A DNA stretch of 64,000 bases from contig CAVPOM010000007.1 in assembly GCA_963707025.1 (NCBI GenBank), positions 128,001-192,000 on the forward strand, read 5' to 3'. A program made the position numbers and the translations under genes. The stretch is from an uncultured Verrucomicrobiae bacterium (GTDB lineage Bacteria; Verrucomicrobiota; Verrucomicrobiia; Limisphaerales; Palsa-1400). This document shows positions 12,277-22,034 of the stretch, piece after piece. The notes under the pieces are model-generated. The model had not been told where the DNA came from. It ran no database searches and saw only the letters and a program-made list of their open reading frames with translations. Every line of letters begins with the position of its first letter. Position 1 is the stretch's first letter.

Positions 12277-13362
12277 ATGGACCCTAGCCGCGCCTTGCAC
12301 CCTTTGCCGGCCAATCTAATTGACTCTCACGGCCGCGTCTTGCGCGACCTGCGCGTCAGCGTCACCGACCGCTGCAATTTCCGCTGCCTCTATTGCCTGC
12401 CGGAGACGGACGCCGCCGCCAGTTTTCAGCACGCCCGCTTCCTCCCCACCCCGCCGGCGCCCGCGGCGCCTCCGCCGGCGCGCTGGGGCGCCAAGCCGCC
12501 ACCCCTGACCTTCGACGAAATCGAGCGCGCCGTCCGCATCGCCGTCGGGTTGGGCATCGAAAAAGTGCGCCTGACCGGCGGCGAACCGCTCCTCCAGCCC
12601 CAACTGCCGGCCCTGGTGCAAAAAATCGCCCGCCTCCCCGGCCTGCGCGACCTGGCCATCACCACCAACGGTTTCCTCTTTGCCGAAAAAGGCCGCGCTT
12701 TGCGCGACGCCGGCCTGCGGCGCGTCAGCTTCAGCCTGGATTCGTTGGATCGCGCCAATTTCCACAAAATCACCGGGCGCGACAGTTTGTCCGTCGTTTT
12801 GGCCGCCATTGAACTGGCCCAAAAAATCGGCTTGCAGCCGGTCAAGGTCAACGCCGTCATTATCCGGGGCCTCAACGACCATGAACTGGTCCCGCTGGCC
12901 CAATTCGCCCGCGACCGGCAACTGAGCCTGCGCTTCATCGAGTTTATGCCCCTGGATTCCGGCCGCGTCTGGAACAAGGACCTGGTCGTCTCCGGCGCCG
13001 AAATTCGCCGCCGCCTCCAGGAACATCTTTCCCTGCAACCGGTGGTTTCCGCCAACCCGTCGGAGACCGCCCAACGCTGGCTGCTCGACGGCGGTCCCGG
13101 CGAGATCGGCATCATTGCTCCGGTCACCGAACCTTTTTGCGGCCACTGCAACCGGTTGCGTTTGACGGCCGACGGCAAAATCCGCACCTGTCTGTTCAGC
13201 GCCCAGGAGCACGACTTGGGCGCGCTGCTGCGCAACCGGGCCTCCGACGACGCCATCCGCGGTTTTTTCCAGGCCGTGGTCTGGCAGAAAGAAGCGCGCC
13301 ATCACATTGGCGAGCCCGGCTTCATCCAACCCGCCCGCACCATGAGCCGCATTGGCGGGTGA
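12277..13362 (+). CDS. moaA: GTP 3',8-cyclase (molybdenum cofactor biosynthesis)
   Basis: RVSVTDRCNFRCLYC radical SAM motif, FCGHCNRLRLTADG..RTCLF, C-terminal MSRIGG. Confidence 0.95.
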   Translation: MDPSRALHPLPANLIDSHGRVLRDLRVSVTDRCNFRCLYCLPETDAAASFQHARFLPTPPAPAAPPPARWGAKPPPLTFDEIERAVRIAVGLGIEKVRLTGGEPLLQPQLPALVQKIARLPGLRDLAITTNGFLFAEKGRALRDAGLRRVSFSLDSLDRANFHKITGRDSLSVVLAAIELAQKIGLQPVKVNAVIIRGLNDHELVPLAQFARDRQLSLRFIEFMPLDSGRVWNKDLVVSGAEIRRRLQEHLSLQPVVSANPSETAQRWLLDGGPGEIGIIAPVTEPFCGHCNRLRLTADGKIRTCLFSAQEHDLGALLRNRASDDAIRGFFQAVVWQKEARHHIGEPGFIQPARTMSRIGG

Positions 13363-13373
13363 GGCTTCCCTCC

Positions 13374-14327
13374 TCAGTCTGGAGTGAAGAAATAACGTGT
13401 CAGATGGAAAAAGACGGGCGCGGCAAAACAGAGCGAATCAATCCGGTCCATCACCCCGCCGTGCCCTGCAATCCAATGGCCGTAATCTTTCACGCCCCGA
13501 TCGCGTTTGATGGCCGACATGACCAGGCCGCCGCCAAAACCCATCAACGTTATGGCCAGGGACATGCCGGCGGATTGCAGCGGCGTGAACGGCGTGGCCC
13601 ACCACAATCCCCCGCCCAGCAGGGTCGCGCCCGCAACGCCCCCGATGAATCCTTCCCAGGTTTTATTCGGGCTGACCGAGGGCGCGATTTTGTGGCGGCC
13701 CAGCGTTTTGCCCCAAACGTACTGCAGCACATCGCTGATTTGCGCGACCAAAACAAAATAGAACATCAGCTTCCCGTTTTGGCCTTCGTAACCGGGAATG
13801 TTCAAGCTCAACAAAGCCGGGACGTAACTCACACAATAAACGCAAATCATCAAGGCCCATTGGATTTTTGCGGTGCGTTCCAAAAAACGTTCGCAATCGC
13901 CCGCCATCGCGCTGCGAATCGGAAGAAACAGAAACGCATAGACGGGTATCATGATCGAAAAAAGCCCATACCACTTGATGGCGATCAAATAATACTGCAG
14001 CGGCAGGATGACGAAAAACACCCAGAACAAAGAACGATGATCCCCGGGCCGTGTTGGCGTCAGCGTAATGAATTCCCGCAAGGCCAGAAACGAGGTCAGG
14101 GCGAACAAAACCACCGAGCCGATGCCGCCGGTGGCCATGGCCAGGCCGAAAACCGCCACCATCATCCACCAGGCGCGGATGCGGGCGTTGAGATTTTGCA
14201 CGGTCGCTTTGCCCGGGTCACTGCTCACGCGCCACGAGAGCAACCAGCCCAGCAAGGACGACACCGCCAGCAAGGCCAGCACACCGCCGACCAGCCACCA
14301 GGTTTGCTTGTCGAATTTGAGGCTCAT
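13374..14327 (-). CDS. Phosphatidate cytidylyltransferase (YnbB-like)
   Basis: SDVLQYVWGK..G...IAPSVSPNKTWEG; SAIKRDRGVKD.G..IAGHGGVMDRIDS. Confidence 0.9.
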   Translation of the reverse strand: MSLKFDKQTWWLVGGVLALLAVSSLLGWLLSWRVSSDPGKATVQNLNARIRAWWMMVAVFGLAMATGGIGSVVLFALTSFLALREFITLTPTRPGDHRSLFWVFFVILPLQYYLIAIKWYGLFSIMIPVYAFLFLPIRSAMAGDCERFLERTAKIQWALMICVYCVSYVPALLSLNIPGYEGQNGKLMFYFVLVAQISDVLQYVWGKTLGRHKIAPSVSPNKTWEGFIGGVAGATLLGGGLWWATPFTPLQSAGMSLAITLMGFGGGLVMSAIKRDRGVKDYGHWIAGHGGVMDRIDSLCFAAPVFFHLTRYFFTPD

Positions 14328-14926
14328 CCTTCTTGCATCCCCTTGACTGCGGCCTGCGCGCGTTCCAGGAACCGGGCTTTTTCCTCGCCCTTTTCAAGTT
14401 TTATCGCCGCGCCGAAGCTCACGCTGCCCAGCAACGGCACGGCCAAAAACTCCCCCTTGGGCAGGATGCGGTTCAAATTCTCGATCAGCACCGGCACCAA
14501 TTCAACGTCCGGCCGGTCTTTGGCGAGATGAAACAGCCCGCCCTTGAAGGGGGCCAATTCCAGACCCGTTTGCCGTCCGCCCTCGGGGAAAATGATCAGC
14601 GAATAACGGTCGCCCAGCGCGGCCAGCATGTCGGCCAGCGGATTGTCATGGGCCGTTGGTTTCTTGCGCTCGATGAGCACGGCGTGCAGAACCTGATTGG
14701 CCAGATACCGTCGCAACGGGCCTTTGCTCCAATAATCCCGCGCCCCCACCGGCCGGGTCAAGGCGCGCACCGGCGGCGGCAGCGACGCCCAGACCACCAG
14801 CGCGTCCAGGTTGCTGGTGTGGTTGGCGAAATAGACCCGTTGCCGCACCTCCGGCCCGCAGCCGGCCCAGCGCACATTCGCGCCACTGACAAGCCTGGCC
14901 AGCCCCACCAGCAAGGCACTGGTCAT
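14324..14926 (-). CDS. Lysophospholipid acyltransferase (PlsC family)
   Basis: ANHTSNLD (HxxxxD) and IFPEGGR; ATGA-coupled on both sides. Confidence 0.85.
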   Translation of the reverse strand: MTSALLVGLARLVSGANVRWAGCGPEVRQRVYFANHTSNLDALVVWASLPPPVRALTRPVGARDYWSKGPLRRYLANQVLHAVLIERKKPTAHDNPLADMLAALGDRYSLIIFPEGGRQTGLELAPFKGGLFHLAKDRPDVELVPVLIENLNRILPKGEFLAVPLLGSVSFGAAIKLEKGEEKARFLERAQAAVKGMQEG

Positions 14927-15588
14927 TTCTTGGCCTCCATTTCCCGCGCGATCCGGCGGCACCGGCGGAAAATGGTGACGACACAACCCGCCGCCACCAA
15001 TCCCAGCGCCAGTGGAATGACTCGGGACAGCATCGGCCAGAACGGGGCGAGCGCGCCGGCCCCGCACGCGGCCGTCATCGCCGCCATGCGCTGTTGCTTG
15101 GCCATCGGCCCGGCAAATTGCTGCCCCGCACCCATGCTCGCCCCCAAGGCGCGCGCGTAGGCTGTGATAAGCGACAGCACCGCCGCCGTCCAGCCCAGCT
15201 CGATCGTCCACCTGAATTCCGGCACGGAATACCCCGCCCCAATGAAAATAAACGCATCCGAAAAGCGGTCAGGCAGTTCATTGAAGATTTCTCCCGCCTT
15301 CGTTTTGAATCCGCCTTCAATCGCCACCATGCCATCCCACAAATTGCACAGCAGACGAATCTGCATTCCGCAAGCCGCCAAAATCAGCAGAACACTCCAA
15401 TGCCAGTCATGCCTGCTTCCGCCAGCCAGCCAAAAACAGATTCCCGCCCCGGCGGCGAAGAGGACGCCGGCCATGGAGATCACATTCGGACGGATGCCGG
15501 CGCGGGCCAGCCCACTGGCCAGGGCAGCGGCCCATTTGGTGTCCCGCGATTTGAGCGGACGACGGGTGATGTTCTCCGGGTTGTTCAT
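14923..15588 (-). CDS. CDP-alcohol phosphatidyltransferase (YnbA-like)
   Basis: PNVIS, NLWDGMVA....K..AGEIFNELPDRFSD, GPMAKQQRM. Confidence 0.85.
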   Translation of the reverse strand: MNNPENITRRPLKSRDTKWAAALASGLARAGIRPNVISMAGVLFAAGAGICFWLAGGSRHDWHWSVLLILAACGMQIRLLCNLWDGMVAIEGGFKTKAGEIFNELPDRFSDAFIFIGAGYSVPEFRWTIELGWTAAVLSLITAYARALGASMGAGQQFAGPMAKQQRMAAMTAACGAGALAPFWPMLSRVIPLALGLVAAGCVVTIFRRCRRIAREMEAKK

Positions 15589-15594
15589 TTGGCC

Positions 15595-15999
15595 TCACGC
15601 CGGACGTTGCAGCAACTCGGCTTGAAAACCTGTCACGCCGGCCAAAAGCAAAAAGTGACGGTCAAACGTCACCAGCGCCACCTCGTGATGCCGGCAGACC
15701 GTGGCAATGATCAGATCGGCGAAGCCAGCTTGCACCCCCGCATCCCGGCATTGCTGGCCATGGACGGTCGCCATGCGCCACAAGCCGGCAGGAGTGGTGA
15801 GCATGGGCAGCGTGCGCAAACGCTTCTCAATCCCCGCACGCTCTGCTTTCGGCGACTGGCGCAGCAGTTCAAACCAAACCGGTTCACAGACCACGGCGCC
15901 CGGCCGGTTGAGGGCTTCATCGGTCACCTGCCGGATTTTTTCCGGTGTGCCGGGGCGCAGGTGGTCAATCCATACACAGGTGTCAATCAACCATTCCAT
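15595..15999 (-). CDS. vapC: PIN-domain toxin (VapC family)
   Basis: LIDTCVWID, FADLIIAT, LVTFDRHF. Confidence 0.9.
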   Translation of the reverse strand: MEWLIDTCVWIDHLRPGTPEKIRQVTDEALNRPGAVVCEPVWFELLRQSPKAERAGIEKRLRTLPMLTTPAGLWRMATVHGQQCRDAGVQAGFADLIIATVCRHHEVALVTFDRHFLLLAGVTGFQAELLQRPA

Positions 16000-16214
16000 G
16001 GATTCTCCTCGCGCTCGCGCTTGCGGGATTCTTCCCAGTCGGGAAATTCCACGCGGAATTTTCCCGCCATCACTTCATCCGAAAGCTCACGCCGCCGCCG
16101 CAGCATGAGTTGGGAGGCGACCAGCTTCACGATAGCCGGGCCTTTCTTTTTTTCGCCGGAGAACCGCAAAATGTCTTTCAGATCCTTTTCCAGAATGTCC
16201 ACTGTTATTTTCAT
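15987..16214 (-). CDS. vapB: VapB-type antitoxin (ribbon-helix-helix, DUF2191-like)
   Basis: MKITVDI beta-strand start; overlaps the PIN gene. Confidence 0.75.
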   Translation of the reverse strand: MKITVDILEKDLKDILRFSGEKKKGPAIVKLVASQLMLRRRRELSDEVMAGKFRVEFPDWEESRKREREENPWNG

Positions 16215-16220
16215 ACTCTA

Positions 16221-16248
16221 ATCATACTAGAATATGATTCTATGTCAA
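16221..16248 (-). promoter_or_regulatory. Sigma70 promoter of vapBC with overlapping palindromic operator; leaderless layout
   Basis: TTGACA-16 nt-TATGAT-6 nt-ATG on the minus strand; spacer contains the inverted repeat TAGAAT-cat-ATTCTA. Confidence 0.75.
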
Positions 16249-16276
16249 GAAATATAGGATTTTTGGCAACCCAAAA

Positions 16277-17485
16277 TCACTTCACCGCCACATAGCGCGG
16301 CTGCGGCCCCAGCTCCACGGCAACCTCCGGCGTCCAGGCGGTCAGGTGGACGGCATGCGCTTCCGCCAAAGTCCACGCGGCAGCCTTGCGCGCGCCGGCC
16401 CCGTTGACAAATACCAGCACGAAGTCCGTTTCCGCCGTCCCCTCCAATCTTCGTTCCAGCCGGTAGCCGTTCAATTCCGCCGTCATCATTTTGAGCGCCG
16501 TGTAGGCCGGCTTGGGTTGCAGATCATCAGTTACCGTCCCAAAGTTCTGCTCGTTGTCGGCGGGATCGCGCCCGTCATTCTTCCAGTCATACCAGATCGA
16601 GAGCGGGATGCCGTTGAGCAAATTGCCCAATTGCTGGCGCACGGCAAAAGCCGCCTGCGTTTCCAGCGAGACGCCCTTGGTGTTCGACGCATAACCCCAC
16701 TCGCCGCTCAGGATCGGAATTTTCCCGCGCTTGGATTCCGGCGCGCAACGGTCAATCAGTTCCCGCAACCTTTTGTAATCCGCGGCGGCCGTTTCCGGCG
16801 GCCGGTTGGGCGCCCGATAAGGATGAACGCTCACGCCGTCGAGAAACTCCAGCACGCCCGACTGCAAAAAATACTCCATATAATTCCAATCAAAGCCCGA
16901 CATGGCCGGCGCGATGATGCTGGCGGAAGGTTCGGCTTCCCGGATGGCTTTGGCCGTCGCCAGCGCCATCGTGGTGTACTCGGCTGCGTCCGGTTTGGGC
17001 CGCCAAAAACCGCCGTTCGGTTCGTTGTAAATTTCCCACAAGATGTGCCGGCCGGCATAATGACGCGCCGCCGCCGCCGCCCAGCGCGCGAAGGCGGCCA
17101 CGCTCTCCGGATGGCGCGGCGAGGCGACATGCTGTTCCGGCACGGGTTCGCCGACGGCGCGCCGGGCCTCCACCATCGGCTCATACAAACCGTTCGCATA
17201 ATCCAGGATGTAAAGGGCGCGCAACCCCCGTTGCTCCAGGTGCGCCGTCAACTCATCGTAGGCAGTCCAGTCATAAACTCCCGCCGTTCGCTCCGTCCCT
17301 TCCCAACTGAAATCCATCCGCGCGAACTTGAACCCGGCGTTGGTGATCAAGTCCAGATCGCGCGTGCGTCCCGTGACAAAATGAATATTGACGCCCACCC
17401 CGGCGGGAATGACGCCCGGCGGAATTTGCCCGCAAACAGTCTCCTGCACCAAACCCGCCGCCAACAAAAGGAGTGAAAACTTCAT
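16277..17485 (-). CDS. Secreted clan GH-A glycoside hydrolase (GH5/GH39-like)
   Basis: GVNIHF, ARMDFSW, WEIYNEPN acid/base, SVHPY, SGEWGY nucleophile; signal peptide. Confidence 0.8.
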   Translation of the reverse strand: MKFSLLLLAAGLVQETVCGQIPPGVIPAGVGVNIHFVTGRTRDLDLITNAGFKFARMDFSWEGTERTAGVYDWTAYDELTAHLEQRGLRALYILDYANGLYEPMVEARRAVGEPVPEQHVASPRHPESVAAFARWAAAAARHYAGRHILWEIYNEPNGGFWRPKPDAAEYTTMALATAKAIREAEPSASIIAPAMSGFDWNYMEYFLQSGVLEFLDGVSVHPYRAPNRPPETAAADYKRLRELIDRCAPESKRGKIPILSGEWGYASNTKGVSLETQAAFAVRQQLGNLLNGIPLSIWYDWKNDGRDPADNEQNFGTVTDDLQPKPAYTALKMMTAELNGYRLERRLEGTAETDFVLVFVNGAGARKAAAWTLAEAHAVHLTAWTPEVAVELGPQPRYVAVK

Positions 17486-17641
17486 GCCCGCATCGTAAAC
17501 GATCCACCCTGCCTTTGCACGTTTTAGCCCGGACATTTCCTGCGTCATGGGTGGAATCCCGACGCAGTCGGGACCCGTCCCGCCGGGCCACTGGCCCGGC
17601 GCACACGGCTGGCTCATGAAGGGAAGCCTCCCGCTTCTTCT

Positions 17642-18010
17642 CCCTCTCCTTGGAGGAGAGGGCCGGGGTGAGGACGAGCTTCATCATCTCCGCGCAGCGC
17701 TAATCATTTCAACTGCACCGCAATGTTTCAGCATCATTCATTATCGCGAGCGTTTTGCGGCGGAAGGCAGCGGGGTTTTTAACGCAAAGTCGCAAGGGCG
17801 CGAAGGCGCAATCCCGATTCGGAATCGGGATGGCCTCTTTCCAGTGCAATAGTGAGGAATCATACCATTCCAACGAGGTTTTAACCGCAAAGGAACGCAA
17901 GGAACTCAGAGACAAGAGTTTATGTTTTTTTCTTTGCGATCTGGGTGTTCTTTGTGGTCAATTCATCTTTGGTTGCCTCTTTGCCGCGCTGTGCTCTCTG
18001 CGCCAAAATT
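17642..18010. repeat. Cluster of REP-like palindromes and imperfect inverted repeats
   Basis: CCCTCTCC..GGAGAGGG..GGGGTGAGG at 17642-17674; perfect hairpin ATCCCGATTC-G-GAATCGGGAT at 17811-17831; AACCGCAAAG / CTTTGTGGTC pair. Confidence 0.6.
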
Positions 18011-18143
18011 TCGAAGCTGCATTTAACGTCGTCCCCCCGCTCTGCCGCGCCATCCTCCAGGGTGCCCAGGTTGCCTTTCTTTTGGCATTTATCATTCCAC
18101 ATTTATCATTTAGCGTTGGCCCTGGCATGACCCAAGAAAATCC

Positions 18144-20327
18144 ATGAACAAACGACTTTGCCCCTTTTCAACCGGCCTGATCCTGGCCGCCCTGGCCATC
18201 CTGTCCGGCCCGCTTTCAAACACCCTCCGCGCCCAGGACCGTTTGCCGCATTATCCCGGTTACGACCAGTATCAAAAAATGAGCCGCGAACTGCGCGGGG
18301 AAGTTTTCACGCCGGGCCGGCTGACGGTGACTTGGACCGACGGCGGAAAAGGGTTTGATTACCAGTGGAGCGGCAAGTCGTTTCACTACGATGCCACCGG
18401 CCGCACCCTGGTGGAAAAACCCTCCACCAACGCCGACGCCACCGAACCGGCCGCGCGCGGCGGTCGGGGCGGCCGGGGTGGCCGGGGTGGCGGCGGCCGG
18501 GGCGGCGGCCGGGGCGGCAATGTCATTGGCGGCGGCGGCAGCATCGGCGGCGGCGGCATTGCCCGCAACTTGTCCAGCGCCACAACCTCCCCGGACGGGA
18601 AGTTCAGGGCCTTCGCCCGCGGCAATAATCTCTGGATCAGCGACGCCGATGGCAGCGGCGAGATGGCCGTGACGGCCGACGGCAATGAAAAAAACCGCAT
18701 TCGCTACGGCATCGCCACGATTGTCTATGGGGAAGAATTGGGGATGAGCGTCGGCATGTGGTGGTCGCCGGACAGCAAGAAACTGGCCTTTTACCGGTTT
18801 GACGAGAGCAAGGTTCCCGATTACACGGTTGATCTGGATCAATCCAGGCAATACAACCGGCTGGAAGTGGATCCCTATCCCAAAGCCGGCGTGACCAGCC
18901 CCCAGGCGGACCTCTGCATCTACGATTTGGAGAGCAAGAAAACGACGCCGGTGGACGTGCGCGACGGCCAGCCCTTCGCGGACGCGGTCGTCGGCTACTA
19001 TGTCTATCGGCTGGCCTGGACCCACGATGGCCGGGAACTGCTGTTCAGCCGCATGAACCGCCGGCAAAACACCCTGGAACTGGCGGCGGCCGATCCGGGG
19101 AGCGGCAAATGCCGCGTCATTATTCACGAGGAATGGCCGGCCAATTGGGTGGACTGGGTGCCGGGCTTCCAATACCTGGCCGACCACCAGCGATTCATCT
19201 GGACCTCGGAGCGCAACGGTTTCAAGAATTTTTACCTCTACGATCTCACCGGCAAATTGCTGGCCACCCTGACCGATCATCAATACGAAGTTGCCAATCT
19301 CCTCAAAATTGATGAAATGGCCGGCGTGATTTATTACATGGCGCGCGACGGCGACAACTATATGAAACTCCAGTTGCACCGCGTGGGCCTGGACGGCCAG
19401 GGCGACCGCCGCCTGACCGACCCGGCTTTGAACCACAGCGTGCAACTCTCGCCCGACGGGAAATTTTTTATTGACGTGGCCGAAACGCACGACACGCCGC
19501 CGTTCACGCGGCTGGTGGACGACCAGGGCCGGGTGGTCGTCGAGCTGGCCAAAAGCGACCTGACGCGATTTGACCAACTCGGGCTCAAGCGCGTGGAATT
19601 ATTCACCTTCAAGGCGGCGGACGGGCAGTCGGAGCTTCACGGGATGCTCAATTTTCCATCCAACTTTGATCCCGGCAAAAAATATCCGCTGCTCGTCAGC
19701 GTCTATGGCGGGCCGATCACCAGCGCGGCCCGCGAGACTTTTGCCACGCCCAGCCCCACCGCCGAATACGGCTTCCTGGTGGCGTCGTTCGACTCCCGCA
19801 GCCTGGCCGGGCGCGGGCGCAAATTCAGCGACCCGTTTTACGGGCACCTGGGCATCGTGGAGATGGACGACCAGGCGGCCGGGGTCAAGGCGCTGGAGGA
19901 ACGCCCTTATATTGACAAGAACCGCGTCGGGGTTTATGGCACTTCCTACGGGGGCACCGCGGCGGCCACGCTGCTGCTGCGCTATCCGGATTTGTTTCAA
20001 GCGGCCAGCTCCTCGTCGCCGGTGACCGATTACCGCAACTACAACTGCATCTACAGCGAGCGATACGAGGGATTGGTATCGGAAAACAAGGAAGGCTACG
20101 ACGCCGCCACCGTCATGACTTATGCCGGGAATCTCAAAGGCCGGCTGCTCCTCTACTACGGCACGGCGGACAACAACGTGCATAACTCCAACGCGCTCCA
20201 ACTCATCCAGGCATTGCAGAGGGCCGGGAAAAACTTTGAAGTGCAGGTCGGACCCGACCTGGGCCACACCGGCGTCAACCAGTCGCGCATGATGGAATTC
20301 TTCATCGAAAACCTGGTGCTGAAGTGA
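18144..20327 (+). CDS. S9B dipeptidyl-peptidase IV-like peptidase, secreted
   Basis: WWSPDS propeller motif, YPLLVSVYGGP, GTSYGG nucleophile, GTADNNVH, GH. Confidence 0.9.
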   Translation: MNKRLCPFSTGLILAALAILSGPLSNTLRAQDRLPHYPGYDQYQKMSRELRGEVFTPGRLTVTWTDGGKGFDYQWSGKSFHYDATGRTLVEKPSTNADATEPAARGGRGGRGGRGGGGRGGGRGGNVIGGGGSIGGGGIARNLSSATTSPDGKFRAFARGNNLWISDADGSGEMAVTADGNEKNRIRYGIATIVYGEELGMSVGMWWSPDSKKLAFYRFDESKVPDYTVDLDQSRQYNRLEVDPYPKAGVTSPQADLCIYDLESKKTTPVDVRDGQPFADAVVGYYVYRLAWTHDGRELLFSRMNRRQNTLELAAADPGSGKCRVIIHEEWPANWVDWVPGFQYLADHQRFIWTSERNGFKNFYLYDLTGKLLATLTDHQYEVANLLKIDEMAGVIYYMARDGDNYMKLQLHRVGLDGQGDRRLTDPALNHSVQLSPDGKFFIDVAETHDTPPFTRLVDDQGRVVVELAKSDLTRFDQLGLKRVELFTFKAADGQSELHGMLNFPSNFDPGKKYPLLVSVYGGPITSAARETFATPSPTAEYGFLVASFDSRSLAGRGRKFSDPFYGHLGIVEMDDQAAGVKALEERPYIDKNRVGVYGTSYGGTAAATLLLRYPDLFQAASSSSPVTDYRNYNCIYSERYEGLVSENKEGYDAATVMTYAGNLKGRLLLYYGTADNNVHNSNALQLIQALQRAGKNFEVQVGPDLGHTGVNQSRMMEFFIENLVLK

Positions 20328-20338
20328 ATCGGCCTTGT

Positions 20339-21418
20339 TCAACCGCATTGGGCGCGCTGGCGCAAGGCGTGATCCACCAGCACCAGGGCCGCCATGGCTT
20401 CCACCATCGGCACGGCCCGGGGCAGCACGCACGGATCATGCCGGCCCCGCCCTTTCAGGGTGGTGTTGTGGAAATGCGCGTCCACCGTTTGCTGTTCGTG
20501 CATGACGGTGGCCACCGGCTTGAAGGCCACGCGCAAAACGATGTTTTCCCCGTTGGAAATGCCGCCCTGGATGCCGCCGGAATTATTCGTGACAGTCCGC
20601 ACCCGGCCCCCCTTCATGCGGAACAAATCATTGTGCCGCCGGCCGGTCAGGAGAATCCCGCCGAAGCCGGAGCCGATCTCAAAACCCTTGGAGGCGGGCA
20701 AACTCAACATCGCCTTGGCCAGGTCGGCTTCCAGACGGTCAAAAACCGGTTCGCCCCAGCCCGGCGGCACGCCGCGCGCCACGCATTCAATGACGCCTCC
20801 CACGCTGTCGCCCTCCCGGCGCATTTTTTCGATCAGCCGGATCATCTTGACAGCGGCGGCCGGATCGGGACAGCGCACGGGGTTGGACTCCACCTGTTGC
20901 GCCGTGACCCTGGCCGCGTCCACTTCCGCCTGAATGCGCTGCACCTGTTTGACCCAGGCCACGATGGAGACCTGGAATTGCTCGCGCAAAATTTTCCTGG
21001 CCACCGCGCCGGCGGCGACGCGCCCGACGGTTTCCCGCGCGCTGGTGCGTCCGCCGCCCTGCCAGTTGCGGATGCCGAATTTGGCCTGGTAAGTGTAATC
21101 GGCGTGGGAGGGGCGGAATTTCAGGGCCATTTCGCTGTAGGCTTCCGGGCGGGCGTCCTCATTCCTCACCCACATGGAGATGGGCGTGCCGAGCGTTTTG
21201 CCCTCGAAGGTGCCGGAAAGAATCTCCACCCGGTCGCTCTCCTTGCGCGGTGTGACGATGGGCGACTGGCCGGGCCGGCGGCGGTCCAGGTCCGGCTGGA
21301 TGTCCTGCTCTGTCAAGCGCAGGCGCGGCGGGCAGCCGTCAATCACCACGCCCACGCCGCCGCCGTGGGATTCGCCCCAGGTGGTGATGCGAAAAAGCTG
21401 TCCAAATGAATTGCCCAT
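20339..21418 (-). CDS. aroC: Chorismate synthase
   Basis: [41 protein letters not shown]. Confidence 0.97.
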   Translation of the reverse strand: MGNSFGQLFRITTWGESHGGGVGVVIDGCPPRLRLTEQDIQPDLDRRRPGQSPIVTPRKESDRVEILSGTFEGKTLGTPISMWVRNEDARPEAYSEMALKFRPSHADYTYQAKFGIRNWQGGGRTSARETVGRVAAGAVARKILREQFQVSIVAWVKQVQRIQAEVDAARVTAQQVESNPVRCPDPAAAVKMIRLIEKMRREGDSVGGVIECVARGVPPGWGEPVFDRLEADLAKAMLSLPASKGFEIGSGFGGILLTGRRHNDLFRMKGGRVRTVTNNSGGIQGGISNGENIVLRVAFKPVATVMHEQQTVDAHFHNTTLKGRGRHDPCVLPRAVPMVEAMAALVLVDHALRQRAQCG

Positions 21419-21535
21419 GGGCCGGAGTTTAGAGTTGAGGACAGCCCGTTTAAAGTTCAAAGTGAAACGGAAGTTACGGGTGCCGGCCTTCATTTGGAAA
21501 CTTGCGGTTCTCTTCCAAAATGGTAATTTGCCGGC

Positions 21536-21748
21536 ATGAGCACGGTTGAGAAAATCGAGCAAGATATCGAAGGCTTGTCGAGCCAGGATTTTGACCGGCT
21601 GGCGGTCTGGATGGAGCGGCGTCGCAATGAAAAATGGGACCGGCAAATGGAGGAGGATGCGGCGGCTGGCCGGCTTGATTTTCTTTTTGAGGAGGCCGAG
21701 GCCGGGCGTCATTCCGACAAACTTCGGAATTGGCCTCCGCGCTCATGA
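21536..21748 (+). CDS. Putative antitoxin
   Basis: [13 protein letters not shown]...[17 protein letters not shown] pattern; ATGA overlap with the toxin gene. Confidence 0.7.
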   Translation: MSTVEKIEQDIEGLSSQDFDRLAVWMERRRNEKWDRQMEEDAAAGRLDFLFEEAEAGRHSDKLRNWPPRS

Positions 21749-22011
21749 CCTCCAGGGCCACGGACCGTTTTTGGAAGCTTTACCATCAGCTTCCCGGGCC
21801 CGTTCAGGAATTGGCCGTGAAGAATTATGATCTCTGGCGGCAAAATCATCATCACCCCTCGCTTCATTTCAAAAGGCTCGCCCCTGACAACACCCGCTTC
21901 TCTGTTCGCATCGGGAACCACTACCGCGCCATCGGACAAGAGGCGGCAGGAGGAGTGGAATGGGTTTGGATTGGAACCCATGAGGAATACAATAAAATTC
22001 TGGGTCGTTAG
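21745..22011 (+). CDS. RelE/ParE-superfamily toxin
   Basis: FWKLY..LP..VQ..A, HPSLHFK, SVRIG.HYRA, WVWIGTHEEYNK. Confidence 0.8.
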   Translation: MTSRATDRFWKLYHQLPGPVQELAVKNYDLWRQNHHHPSLHFKRLAPDNTRFSVRIGNHYRAIGQEAAGGVEWVWIGTHEEYNKILGR

Positions 22012-22034
22012 CACTCGTACAACTCGCAATTCCG

